NCBI GenBank assembly: GCA_964035545.1
Contig: OZ037767.1
Location: 1,499,680-1,563,679 of the forward strand
Direction: 5' to 3'
DNA: 64,000 nt
Source of the DNA: Bugula neritina
Taxonomy: Eukaryota > Animalia > Bryozoa
Part shown: positions 30,401 through 44,879 of the stretch, in pieces
How positions within the stretch are numbered: position 1 is the first letter of the stretch
How the letters are laid out: every line of letters begins with the position of its first letter
Program-made: the position numbers and the translations under genes
The notes under the pieces: model-generated
Databases searched by the model: none
Told to the model about the DNA's origin: nothing
What the model saw: the letters and a program-made list of their open reading frames with translations, nothing else

Positions 30401-33400
30401 ATTCTAACATATCAACAGTTTTATAGACAACTGAATATTGGAGTTACACGAAGTCAATAGAGACGAACCTAGGAGCTGTTGATCTGATAAAGTTGAGTTG
30501 AGACTCCCTCTACTTCCTCCGTCTGCAACACACAATACATAGACATCTAATGTTATAGCATAGACATCTAATGTGACAGCATAGACATCTAATGCTACCT
30601 GCATCCATCTACTACATATTGCAATACAATAAATTCCAATTAAATTTGTACTAATGTATATGGTGAAACATGCAAGTTTTACAATCAAAGTCACTTGCTA
30701 ACAAAAGCAGATAGTCACAACCTCTAACTCAAGTCACTTACAGGAAATGTCTATTACCGCCCACCTAGACTACTACCACCCACTCAGGGGTCTACCACCC
30801 ACTCACAATACTATCACCCACTTAGACTATTACCACCCACTTAGACTACTACCACCCACCTTGCTTCTGACGTTTCTTGAGGAAATCTGCAATGTGCTGC
30901 CAGCTGTTTGGTTCTCGAGGTGTTACACCAGAAGAGCCGGTTGCTATACCAGACGACAGATCACACAGCCTCTCTTTCAATTCTTTGGTGCAGTGACACG
31001 GGATGTTGGAGGGAGATAACAGCTTTTCTAACATTGAAACTTCACAGATCTTGTGCTGGGCAGGTTTTGATCCCTGTAAGAAACAACAGAATACTCTGTT
31101 ACCAGATTAATAGTTGACTATATGCACTTTAATTAAAAAGAGGATTTACTTTTCTAACCATGAAAACTAACACTTGAATGTTTGATGATTTTGAATTTTT
31201 ACATGCAAAGCTATTATGTTGTGATAAACTTTTAGAGCCATTTGAATAGAATCAAACAAAGACAACATTTTTTAAATTTCATTTGTAGAAATCCAAAACT
31301 GTGATCAATTATTAATGAAATATCTAATACGTTTATATTCAACTTTGACCCCGTAGCAACAGATAGTCTAGAGGAAAAAGACATTAATGTTAATTTCTTC
31401 AGTTTTATCACTGGCGAGCTAAATAAGCTAAATCACTACGACACGGTAGCAATCATTCAACATATGTAGATGGTGTGAAGTGGCCCTTACTAGACCAAGT
31501 GTAATATAATTAGACCCATCTCTATCTCATCTGTGTGTATGTCCGCTGTTGCTCCCAACGCCTAATCATTATCGATTTTGTCAGAAAATCAATAAATATA
31601 ACGGAAAGTTGCTGCCACTTGGAAGTCTCTATTGTTTATTCATAGAATAATATTACAGCACTAAAAGTTTATCAACTGCAAAACAGTTATTGCCCGATTA
31701 TGCAAATACTGAATCACCATAAACTACCACACTGTATGAGTCATGCGGGCAGCTGACATCACATCTGCTCCTGTACAAGATTTATACAAAACAGTAACTT
31801 TTATAATGCTACCACAGTACGATATTAACAACAGTGCTATGAGTTGAACACATTTCATAGGAATATTTTGACCACTACCGTTTGAATTATTGAGTATTTT
31901 TCTAAATTTGTAAAATTTGCTGCCTTTTCACAACTATCGACCCCACCAGCCTTTATTTATAGCTATAATGATGTTCACGCATCTTTGAGTGTTGGTAACA
32001 AATTATTTTATAAAGCCAAATAGCTGTCTTTTGCCCAACCAATTACAACAGTCGTAGTAGAAAATAATGGAGTCTTGAAGTTAGTAAAAGCCTGAAGGTA
32101 GTTTCATGCAGGAGTTATATTCTCATAAAACTAAGTACTAGAAAGAGAAGGATGGTTCACCTAAACAGCTGGCTAGTAGATAGGCATGTAATTAGCTCTA
32201 ATTATACTGATAGTATATTATTGTATTTATACTAATAGTCATACTGTATGAATAGCTTAATGCTGCCAATTGTGCATTTCCCAACCTCTGCCAGCAGCTC
32301 TAACAAACAACTGCTGACTCCCAGGTCTTTAGCAGAGGCAGCATAACTTACATAACTGGTGGCATCTTAAACACACACTACATTTCATCTACTTCACTGG
32401 TTTCCATATTATTTTCGCTAAATTTATGGTGGAAATATTTACATAAAAATGCTTAACAATAATTTGGTGATAGTGAGCTGTCTAGCATTAATTTATTACA
32501 ATTGCGTTAAATTCAAAATCTCAGGTTAAAATGAATCCATTATGAAATACTTAGAGTATAGAACTATGGGAATCCTTGGCTAATGACATAGTAAGGCAGC
32601 AGCTGCCAAACCCTTACCTGAAACAGTATAACGTGGTGGTCAGTGCTGTGTTTTCTTTCACACCCACTACAAGTCAGACAGCTGTTAGTCCTGCTGCCTC
32701 CACCAGCCGCACAGAAAGACGGCTGATCAAAGATTTCTTTCCACCATTTGTATTCACACAATGACCTCTTAGTGGTCCGCAGGAACGACAGATCAGGCAG
32801 AGGGTGTAGCTTGCTTGAAGACATCTTTGTGACAGCAGTTTTCCTAACATGATCTGGACCAAGGAGGGCATCGTCTAGCAGGTTGTTGATGCTTTCTGCA
32901 AGCTCTAGAAAATAGAGTCGGTTTTGAGAAATATCTCAGCTTTGCTTACCACTAAACATATCATGTAAAAAAATTCATATTCTACATCAACTGCGACAGT
33001 AACTGTATGGCTAAGTGAATCAGCAAAATTTTGGGTTTTAGACAACTTCACAACACAAAAAGAATGATAAAACTCCAGAGAAAATAGATATTTTAAAAGT
33101 ATCCTAATTTTATTTCTAAACTCAACGTGTATTTAACCAGAATATTAAGTGCAATATTCAATTCGAGGAATAACTAACGGTTTGGATTTTCTCCAAAGTT
33201 TCCCAAAAATAATCTCAACTAAAATACTGCCAATACAAATAATTAAGTAACATTACATATCCTACAGGTCAAAGTTCTTGACTATTGCACTTTGAGACAG
33301 CCATTATGTAAGAGAATGTTATGATGGCAGCTAGAAGAGCCAGGGTTAGAGATAGTATAAGCAGTTAGTAGTTCTAGTATTTAGTATATGCTAACATGTT

Positions 33401-36400
33401 CTAGTATCTAATATATTAGACTTTACACAAGCTAGCTATTATATAATAGCTTCAGAAATCAACACAGCACCTTGTAGCTTTATTCTCATTTTAGCAGTAA
33501 AAAGAATAATTTAAGAGAGAAATATGTATTTGTTAATTGCAGAATTTTACATTTAAACAGCTTTTAATATTTTCACAACTCATTGGATTCACTCATTTTC
33601 TATGTTTTCATCTAAAGCGTCACTTAATGTTCTCACATTATAATAAAAGGTCAACACAGTTCAAAATTCAATAGTGAAGAGCAGAATCAACAATAGTATT
33701 AGAATATCTACAGCAGGTAACTTTGGGAATACTTATGACTGAGCGATTTGTATTTAGAGTCCAAGTTTCTAAGTTCAAATGCCTGAAGCAAAGGTTAGGA
33801 GTCTCTACTAGTAGTGGAGTGCCTGTGTAAAGTGACTAAGTATTGATTGAGAAGTCCACTAACCAGAAAACAACATTAGCTAATCAATACTACTTCTCTG
33901 ATGACAGTCTTAGCTACACTCTAATGCTGCCACTGCTGTCGCTAACAATATGACTTTCCTAACAGCAGTACTTTATAATGTAACTAAAGACTTCAGACTA
34001 ATTGCATTTTCTCATACGGTAATATATTTATATGTATCATTTGCGGCTTTTTTTTATTGAATTTTCAAATTTTCAAACTTTTAAATGTCTTATTGTTTTT
34101 ACTACACAATTGCATTGAACTTTTATTACAAATAAAACCAATTCTTTTTAAATTTCTATAATTTCAAGCAAAACCAAAATAATTAAAAAACAAAAGATTA
34201 CTAATAATTAAATACCAGTAACATTGGTTTGAGCTATCAATCAACAATGTAGCATTTGTTAAACGTTAAAGGCCTATTTTAAAGTATGTGAACTTTAGAT
34301 TATAATATAAAAGAATTGCCTATGGAATGTAGCTGTTTCCAATTAGTGCATTTATGCTGATAACTATATGGAAACATTACTAATTATTATTAGACTTATA
34401 GAATAATGTTATTAGGTACTGCTAAACCATAAGAAGTGTGTTGTTGACCACATGCTGCTGTTGAAAGAGTAATTAATTAACTAACTAGCAAATGTATTGC
34501 AGCCAACAGCAATATTTATCAATGCTCTGAAGTCAATGAATCATCTTTCAGCTATCATACAGAGAGAAGATACTCCATGTTGGCAGAGTTGTGGTTCATC
34601 TTTAAGTTGATGATTGATAGATGAGTTGTAGTTGGAACTCTTTACAAGCAAAAGTTATAAAAATTGGTTTTTAAAGGGTATCGCCCATACTTGATTGTAG
34701 ATTTCATCAAACTAATGACTAGCTGACAGCTGATTCTAATAAAGAACATTTCCAACTCCATAAGGTATTAGCAGACGACAGTTACTAAGAGAAACTTTGC
34801 AGTTGACTCATCTATACACACAACAATTCATACCCTGTGTCTTTTTGTTCTGTTCCGATATCGTTGGTTCAGAGAAGGCATCGGGAGTTGTGAGTTCGCC
34901 GTGACCAATCACTCCGAGAGTGGGAGAATGAGTTCTCTTGTACTGCTCCCAGAGAGTGAGAGAATATCGCTTCTGATCAACTCCAGAATCTTCTCTTTCA
35001 CTGATTTCAGCCTGTACACAATCATGGTAAATCATCTCTAGTTAGTCATGTTGGGATGTTTAGAGAGTTGGTTACTAGTAACTAGTAGACAAATCATTAG
35101 TGACTAGCAGATGACTCACTACTAACTACTAAAATGATAATTCATTAGTAACTAACATATGAATCATTAGTAACTAGCAGATGAGATGGTGACTCATTCA
35201 TTAAAGATAAAATAGTTGATTAACCAAATTATTTGAAAGCAACATTGGGATATTAGTTCTACTAAACAAGTCATGTGTGATGGAGTCTACGCAAGCCTCA
35301 AGACTGATAAAATTAACCACAAGCTGAAACAAAAATTTGAGATTCTACAAATTGATTCTTCCACATGGAACATAAGGCTTGTAGTTGCACACAGTTGGGA
35401 GTTAGTGAACTACTTTTTCCCACCTTCGTTTTTATATCAGGCACACTTTGAGTCTTTGTACAGTCTCTTTCTGGTGAAACTCGCTCCGTCTTGACCTGTC
35501 CCCAAGTTGTATAGTTGTGTTTCATCTGTAACCAAGTGGTGGAGTTACCAATCTCCTCCATTCTCTGGGAATGTGTGGCATTGTTCTCATTGACGACTGC
35601 AAGTTCATCGGAAAAGCTGACTTTTTTAGTCAGAGTATCTGTTCCCTGGTTACCAGATCTTAGTCTAGGTGGCTTTGGTATCTACCAACATAACTAGTCG
35701 TTACGCTAAAAGGTCACAACTTCAAGGTCACTACACAAGGGCTAAATAGCATCAAGTGTTATAGAACGAGTCTATGAATTGTACTTTGAAAAAGTTTCTA
35801 ACCGCTCTATAAAACTCTTCTTCGACAACCTAATTCTACATTCAATGAGGAATTAGATTAAGTAGTTTACTATCTGTATCTGTTTATAACAGTAGCTAAC
35901 ATTTCAACACTGACTAGTAAATCATCCACTTTGACTACATTCATCACATAATAGTGTCAGTTAGAGATGCATTGCATATCTGGCAAATCTAATTTATACA
36001 ATACTGCATTGTACTAGTATTGAAGTAGCTGGCATAGTAGTAATGATATTACACTTGGTTTAGAGCTCTATGGTAACCAGATTAGATCTGGTATAAGCTG
36101 CAACAGGAGGAAGGGTGGGTTATAATACTTCAGCCTATTGCTCACAGGGGTGGAGTGAAATAAGATTGAGGGAGAGGAGGGTAGAGACAATCTAGGAAGT
36201 AGGAGGAAATAAAAAGAAATTAGAAAAGGAATACAGAGTTTATGACAATAAAAAGATGGCATTTAGAAATTGAACAATGGGCGTGAGAAGGGAAAAAAGA
36301 AGTGGAGCAAGATCATGGGGGGGGGGGGTTAGAAACGCATGGACCAGTAATGCAATAAAACAGGGGTGTATTAAAGAAAAGATCAGATATTGAGCAAGGA

Positions 36401-39400
36401 GTGTAGAGCCAGTGAACCAGGGGGCTTACAACAGATTGAGTGGTTAATTAGAGAGCTAATTACAAAACAATACAATTGCCTAATCCTAAGGTGATTTATG
36501 AACTGATTAGAAGATGTATGACTTATCTTTATTACCATAATTATCAAATGATATGCTTGATGAAATGTTACACACTAATACTATGAGCCAGTAAAACTGT
36601 ACAGCCAAGTAAATCTGTACTAGTGAAATCACAACAATCCACAATACAGTGTATGTCAGGCAAATTTCTCTAACATTCCTTTATAAAGGAAATGAATGCT
36701 TTTAGTATAAACAAACTACCACTGCATCTCTAGCTGTAATATAAAGCTATACCATGGGAGGCAATTCCTATTGGTAGAAAGATCTTAATATCTTGATAAA
36801 TTATATTTATGTTTTTCAACGATTACCAAAGAATTTATAAACTGTGACATTATTGATATATAACTGTGATTGTATGAAATCTGCTTTTACTAACTTGATT
36901 CTTGTTGGAGGCAGCCTTTGACGTCCGGCATCGCTGACTTTCATCCTCTGACAAATCAGAATCTACAAGCAGATGACAACTCAGAACATAGAATACAGAG
37001 TATAGCACTTAGACTATAAAATATAGAGCAAAGGATATAGACTATGGGGCATAGAAGATAGAATACAGAGTATATACAATGAATAGATGTAGTAATGACA
37101 CTGAGTTAAACCTCTTTTTTCTGTTGCCAACACATTCATCGTACAGCTTTGCCAAAAATCCTCTCAGCATAAAACTATGGCACCACTACAGTTTAAAACA
37201 ACAATCACAAAAAGCTTTTCATTTCATGATATTAGCTCTGCTGTAACAGGTAGCTGTCTCACCTCCATGTGTGAAAGTTATGCGATAGTCTTTTTTCGTT
37301 GTAGCCGGGATATCTGAATAGTTTGGGACACTCTCGTCCAAGCCGGAGATCTCCTCACAGTTCCTCTCCACATCCGTGTAGTCTATATCACGGTTTAGAG
37401 AGAGGGAGCTGGGGAAAATGTTGTCGAAATCTGAGGAGAAGTTGGAGTGAGTGTCAGAAGAATTAGCTGACTGATTGAAGTTCATTGTCTTATTCGCAAT
37501 GTGAAGTAGAGAAGCGTACTCATTGCATATGGCTGCCTCCATGTCACTGTCATGTAATGCCATTCCTGGCGGAGATTTTTCCACATCGAATTCATCGTCA
37601 TAATACAAACTCATTTCGTCTTCATGGTGACTCATAAAGGCTGTACTTTTACCATTAGACACCAGATCTCTGTATTCCTCTTCATTCAACTTAGCGGTGC
37701 ATCTGTTCCTGTTAACAGTCGGGCTTCCTGTCGGATGCCCTGCATTCGCATGAGTCACACGATATGGAACCATTTCATCTTCTGAGTGTGTGTATGACTC
37801 ATCAGTATCTTCTACGTACGAAGAACTAAACGAATTGGCGAGTCGAAGCTTAGGCGCGAGAAAGCGTTTGGACGGCTCATCAGAGCTCATGTACAGAACT
37901 TCTCCACTGCCATACTCTCCATGATCTCTAAATACTATTTCACTCAAGTTTTTGCTATAATCCGTAGTAATCCTTGTCTTCATATCATCTACAGTCCGAG
38001 TAATGTTTGCAGACGACATTTCCTGGCCATCATCAAGTACTATCAGATCTTGCGGTAAATCGTGGCTGCTGGTATGTTGGGAGGGAGATTTCATACTCTC
38101 TACATAACTCCGGCAGACGACGCCTTCCATTGACTCCGCACAGTCCTGCAGTAACTTTAACAACTTTTCTCTGTGTTTCTGACGGCGTAACTGTTGGCTA
38201 GTCTGACGGTTTAGTGATTGTGTAAATGAATAAATTTCCTCTTTCTTAAGAGAGCTGAGTTTTATGATGTCATCTGATTGACAAGGCAGTGACATCATCA
38301 TATAGTTTTTCTTCCACTTCTGTCTACGATTTTGTGGAGGCGTGGTTTTAGATTTTCGCCTTGAACGGCTCATCTCTGTACTGACTGAATCCAAAGTTCC
38401 AGTTTGAATAGAATTATGGGACTTCATAACTTTAGCAGTCTACAAATTAGAAGACACTTTAACTCTATTTCTACAAACTTACACTACTGTCTATAAACTT
38501 ACTGTCTATAAACTTACTGTCTATAAACCTACTTTCTATAAACCTACTTTCTATATACTTACTTTCTATAAACTTACTGTCTACAAACTTAAAACGATAA
38601 CAAAGAGTAACTTTACAGGAGCTAAAAACTTACTCATACTCGCATGATGTGAAACTCACAACTGAATGTAACATTTACCTTATACAAGTACATAGTCTCT
38701 AATTATATAACACTTCACAGCATGCCTGTCTGCTCAAACCATCTAGCTACTGATTAGATACAAATATAGTTTCAATATGAAGGAGCGCATGCAAGATAAG
38801 ATGGCCGCCTGTCTGCTGCTCCTCGTATGCTAGCTTAGATAATGATATAAAACAGTTCTGTATGAAAATCAATAACATAATATATACGTATATAATATAT
38901 ATAGGATACTGGGTCACGTATATGTTGTATAGCACTATACTCTAAGCAACAAGCCAACGTCAATTATACACACACACACACTATAGATTTTCATTGAGGC
39001 GTTTGCTACATAGCAGAGAGAAGAAAATCAATCAATATGTATACCCTATGGGCAGAATAGAGTAACTGTTTACGGCAGCAGTGAATGCAACGGCAGCAAA
39101 TATAACTCAGAAGACTAGAAAAGCATCACGTGATAATTTGTTTCAACAGAAAATATATCATACAACACATTATCAAGGCAGCTAGAGAATCTAATAAAGA
39201 AATTAGAAAATATTGAGAACGTTGTGAAAAATTATTCCACCACATGGCATTTTCTAGCCGATTATAAGTAGCAGTCACATTTTGACGTTGACAATCTTAT
39301 TCCAAATTATAGAATGTTCAACAATAATCGTTGTAAATTTCAACAGGGCGCATCAATTTGACACCTAAAAACCCTGGGAGACTAAGGGAAGGGGGGGTGA

Positions 39401-40061
39401 GGCAGGGTCAATGCTCACTACGTAAAATTATAAAACATATAACAATAACTTTGACTAATATTTGCAACAAATATAATGACCTGCATTACCCATGAAAGTG
39501 GAGTAGCAAGAGATAAAAAGTAGAAAAATATTATTCAGTCTTTAATAACTATTGCCTTAGGTTTATTCTTACTTAATGTACTAATTTCATATTTATATAG
39601 ACAATGGTGCGGAATATCAATATCTGATACACAGTACAATACTGTGTATCAGAGTATTACGTAACTGCATAAGAACTAAACTAATTCAAATTGAATAACA
39701 AAGATGCTAGGACCAGCAGTAAGTGAGGAACAGTGGTTGAATTTCAAGTTGGAAAATTCAGAACAATAACTTGAAGTATAACTTTAACATCCTACACATG
39801 GATTACGTGATAATGTTATGAATAAATATAATAGTTATGCCCTATAGTATACTCATACTGTTATAGTACAAAAAGTTGTATTCATTATCATAATGATGGT
39901 AAAACTAAACACAAGCCTTTAAGTTCGTCTGCGTTGAGTTTATAATATTTGCAGTAGTCTATCAAAATCAATAGGAATTCTCAATATCATACCTGTACCT
40001 GACTTTGTTCATGTTGCTGCGGTGTAGGTTGGGGTTTTGGGCTGCTGTTGCCTTGCCCCAT
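27466..40061 (-). CDS. RUSC1/RUSC2-like RUN-domain protein, ~1014 aa, long disordered N-terminus, no SH3 found. Exons 40061-39993, 38439-37263, 36962-36895, 35681-35424, 35011-34834, 32904-32618, 31073-30860, 30522-30469, 30174-30104, 29861-29690, 29310-29208, 28319-28075, 27614-27466
   Basis: RUN blocks: ALECVLCTGLK...SIWDIVEES; KLCLFIVGTLNYQCLDFWLSIL...LMDKYY..DSYL...VQPLSLYTWDINY, resembling the RUSC RUN C-terminus (FILGLLN..LELWFS.L...LQPLS.L.F.LDL). All 12 introns are GT-AG and phases sum to 3045 nt. N-terminal exon linkage is less certain than the RUN part. Confidence 0.75.
28420..28527 (+). mobile_element. tRNA-derived SINE (family A), partial copy in an intron of the RUN gene
   Basis: TGGTTAGA..AAGGTCATAAGTTCGAAT..GATGTCAAGAAGGATAGCCAATCATAATTGCTCC..TCTAAATAGTCCTTAGCC matches the reverse complement of 26180-26280. 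Confidence 0.7.
29418..29496 (-). mobile_element. tRNA-like SINE head (family B) or pseudo-tRNA in an intron of the RUN gene
   Basis: GTCCCTGTGGTGTAATGGTTAGCACACCTGTTTGCAAACCAGAGGTCTCGGGTTCCAATCCCAGTGGGGAC. A- and B-boxes and the acceptor stem are present; anticodon and T stems are mismatched; related copies occur elsewhere in the window. Confidence 0.65.
30192..30405. repeat. 19-bp minisatellite (GAGATATTACTCTACAGGT) x~10
   Basis: Visible in a RUN-gene intron. Confidence 0.95.
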
Positions 40062-41159
40062 GCTGAGTCCACTCAATGCAGCTACCCACACGAACCACCA
40101 GTTAATAACGTCTATTTCCCCATAACTAGCTCTTCTTACTATGCTAGCTGTAATGACTGGGCTGTGAGTACTAAAAATAATGATCTAGTAGACAGTACAC
40201 GATTGTTTTCCCAGAATAGAGTATAATTATTGTAATATCCTGCCCATTCTGATTGACAAGCTACGTGTTACACTCGAGTAGTCACGGATTGTTACTCAGT
40301 CGTCCATAACCAGCGCCTGCTGATGAAAATGAGATGAAAAGAAATAATTTGATACTTACAAGTTACAAGGCCGTGTCTATCACGATATCTCTATTTTCAT
40401 TGTACTGGAATGTTTATTTTGTATCCAGCTAAAACAGCGACATGGAAGTTACAGTCCCCTGGTAATATAATTACATTGTTGCACTGAGGGGTTTGGGGTT
40501 AGTCGCAGTGTCGGCTTCTAAAGGAAGATAGCTGCTACAAATTGAATTAACAACAAAGAGTCTCTTTAGGGACTTTACCATATAAATAATGTTAAACCTT
40601 ATAAGTTATAGCCGTACATTTAAATGGATGAATATTTAGATAATTGATAATGGCATTTTTATTTGATGCATAAAATAATATTTACACCTGGTGACACGCC
40701 TACACCACTGTCTCACGTTCGTCGCAGCATTACCTACTTGGTGAGTACCTTTATAGAGGTTACTACAGTTGCGCTCTTTCACAGTTACAACCAGCAAGTC
40801 GGGGTAAAAACTGAAAAAGCAACAGTTCTATGCTGCCACAACTCTGTATTTATGCTGCCACTCCATGAACAGAATATTTACAAACTTACAGGTTTTCTAC
40901 TACAAGATGTATTGTAGTTATATATATTAAAACTATTATAAAATTCTGTATTAGCTGCAGAATAGCGAAATATTCATCATTAATGCATATTTTGATTACA
41001 GCAGCCTACACCTAGAATACCAAAAGTGCTTTTATAATATTACATTATATGTTTCTATATAAATTATACCATGACATCAATTTCTTTTAAATAATAAACT
41101 TGAAATTATGTGGGTGCAGAGAGCTTTTAATGTAAGTAAAACTTATTTCATATAATATA

Positions 41160-41210
41160 ATTTATTTCTATTTCAAGGATTATATTATAATCCTAGAAAT
41201 AGAAATAAAT
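41160..41210. repeat. Near-perfect 51-bp palindrome (25-bp arms, 1 mismatch, 1-nt centre)
   Basis: ATTTATTTCTATTTCAAGGATTATA-T-TATAATCCTAGAAATAGAAATAAAT. Confidence 0.9.
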
Positions 41211-42639
41211 CAGTTGTTGTCTATACAACCTGTGAGAATACAACTCCTATGTATAAAGTTGATTACTATGTACATAGTATACATATGTGTATCTATAAAG
41301 AATTGAACCTAAAAGCTTAACCACACTAAAATGTACTACAAAATTACACACGGCCATTCCAAAAAGAAATTTTTTAAGATGAAAAACACATTGAAACGGT
41401 ATTATTTTCTAGCTGGTGGATGCAATTATAATCTTCGTATTTATTTTGTCCAACATTTGTTCAGCTATATAATGTACTTACAAAGGTAGCTATAAGTACA
41501 CTATTTAATTGATAATTGTGCTTGTTGTTATGTAACAAATATATTCAAACGCATATCATATTTTTTCTTAAATCAATTGATTAGTCATTAGATGATTGAT
41601 TTTTGTAAAATATTTGTTTATAATTGTTTTTGTATGTGCATACGGCGTACAAGGTTTTTAATAAAATATGATATGATACAGATAAAAGCCCCAGTTTCTC
41701 AGTCTAGACAGTCTTTGAACCCATAGGAAACGTTGGTATATGGAAATAACTAAATTAATAGTAATCTACAAATTTGCAGAGATAAACTAAAAAAGAAATG
41801 AAGCATAATTATAGGTTATTCCAACATTTGCATGTATAATTCATGTTAATTGCAACATGCATTTATTTTAAACTAAAGATTTTGCATAAAATTAATAGCT
41901 GATCTTTAATAAGTTATAATATATTTTCATGTTTTACCATTTCAATACTTTTTTATGCACATTTAATTCATGTTAGAATGAATAACTGCGGGAATTATGG
42001 TTTAATAATAATAATGTGCACGAGACTGTGTATATAAGAAGTTATGTAGGAATTATCAAGAATTATGTTATGCCATGTTATTATAGTAATTAAAGTTATA
42101 GTCAATTTATTGGTTGAAAAATGCTACCAGCAATAAATAAATGAATAAATTTGTAAACATTAGCTAGTATATTTTATGATTTTCAAAATAAATGCACTGA
42201 GTGATCATATTTTGTCAGAAATTCAGTAAATTGAAAGGATAAACTTTTCTAATTTACATTTAACTTTATACTAATTGTTTGCACAAGCATATATACATGT
42301 ATTATTAGTTGTACATGTATTGCCAATTATAATGCATCAAATTGAACGAAATCTTTACAATTGCTAAATGCAGTGAAATATACATTGGGTAATTATTTAT
42401 TATTCAGGATGAATGGTCCTTTGCGGGAGTTGTCTTCGCTAACTTTTAAGATTGAATAATTAGTAGACTTGTGAAAACTTGGAATGCTTGAAAATTTTTT
42501 AAAAAATAATATAATGCTTTTTAATATTATTTCTTAGCTAAACCTAGCTAAAACAAAAAGCATAATAATTATACAAAACTCAGTATTCAGCGAATCAGGG
42601 TGTACAAAACCTGCACAATTGTAATTGCGCACCCCCACG

Positions 42640-42671
42640 CTTCCTTTTTCTATTCGCCGTTGTTCAGACTG
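42640..42671 (+). promoter_or_regulatory. TCT/5'-TOP initiator and non-coding exon 1 of RPS27A
   Basis: CTTCCTTTTTC pyrimidine tract typical of ribosomal-protein TSSs, then donor G|GTAAGA at 42672; acceptor TTGTTGCAG at 43174 lies just before the ATG. Confidence 0.75.
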
Positions 42672-43181
42672 GTAAGATAATATTTTTATTTTCTTTCCCA
42701 GCTTTTTTATTAGACTTTTATTGGCCTCCATTTGCTTTTCATTGGCGTAATTATATAATGTATAGATTACTTGAGGCACTGAAATTATATGTATACTCTT
42801 ATTTCGTATTTAAATGTGAGCCAACAGTACATTTTACGACTATCGTATTCGTATTGAATTTGAAATTGATCAATACTCGATTTGACTCTGAGTGTCCCTG
42901 TGAATGTCGGTGTAAATGTTGAGTTACTAAAGTTTACTAATGATCAAGTACACTGTACAGGACGCCTGTGCAGTGTATTAGTATGTGTTTGTTTTTGTTT
43001 TGAATCGTTACCGAGCAATTGAAATTGAAAACCGTGCTGTCCTTTTTTAAAATATAAATTAAAATTTAACTAATGATGTCGCTATTAAATTATACTTATA
43101 TGATACACATATAATTCCTTTATGATTTAATCATAATGTATGCCGTACGATTTTGTGTCATTTTTTTGTTGCAGCTGCACA

Positions 43182-44400
<1,219 letters not shown>

Positions 44401-44879
44401 ACTAGTCTAATGGAGAATCTCCATTAATAGCAAATATCTGGTCTTGTTTCTTGACTTGTATATATTCTGATTAGAAATTTGCACACATGATTACATTTGC
44501 AAACATGTAGTAGTTCATGCAGTGAGCTATACCTAAAATAATGTTGTTGAATATTATGCCTGTGTTGATTTTCAATTATTAATGATTAATTGGCATTCAA
44601 TAAGAAACTTGAAATCAGTTTACTTAATTTTGCCTACTAAATCTAGTGTGCAGGAACTACAATATTGAGGGAAGTTGGGTGTTCTATAAAAACCAGAAGC
44701 ATTTTGCAGTAGTTATTCGATTACTGCTTATAATTTATTTTGGACTTACAATATTTACAAAAACAATCCTCTATAATAGGAGAGGTGGTAGAAAAATATA
44801 GTTGAACAGTATATACAGCCAATTTATACATAGAAGTAGGGTTCTGTCCACTGTAGGGCCACCATGAGATGACCGGATG

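Noticed and set aside
36050-36110. Extra RUN-gene exon after acceptor-like CCTCCTGTTGCAG on the minus strand
   Set aside because: All three frames hit stops before a usable donor, and the flanking exons already join in phase.
37219-38427. Standalone intronless 402-aa orphan gene
   Set aside because: Bounded by an acceptor at 38440 and a phase-1 donor G|GTGAGA at 37262 that join in frame to the RUN-gene exons.
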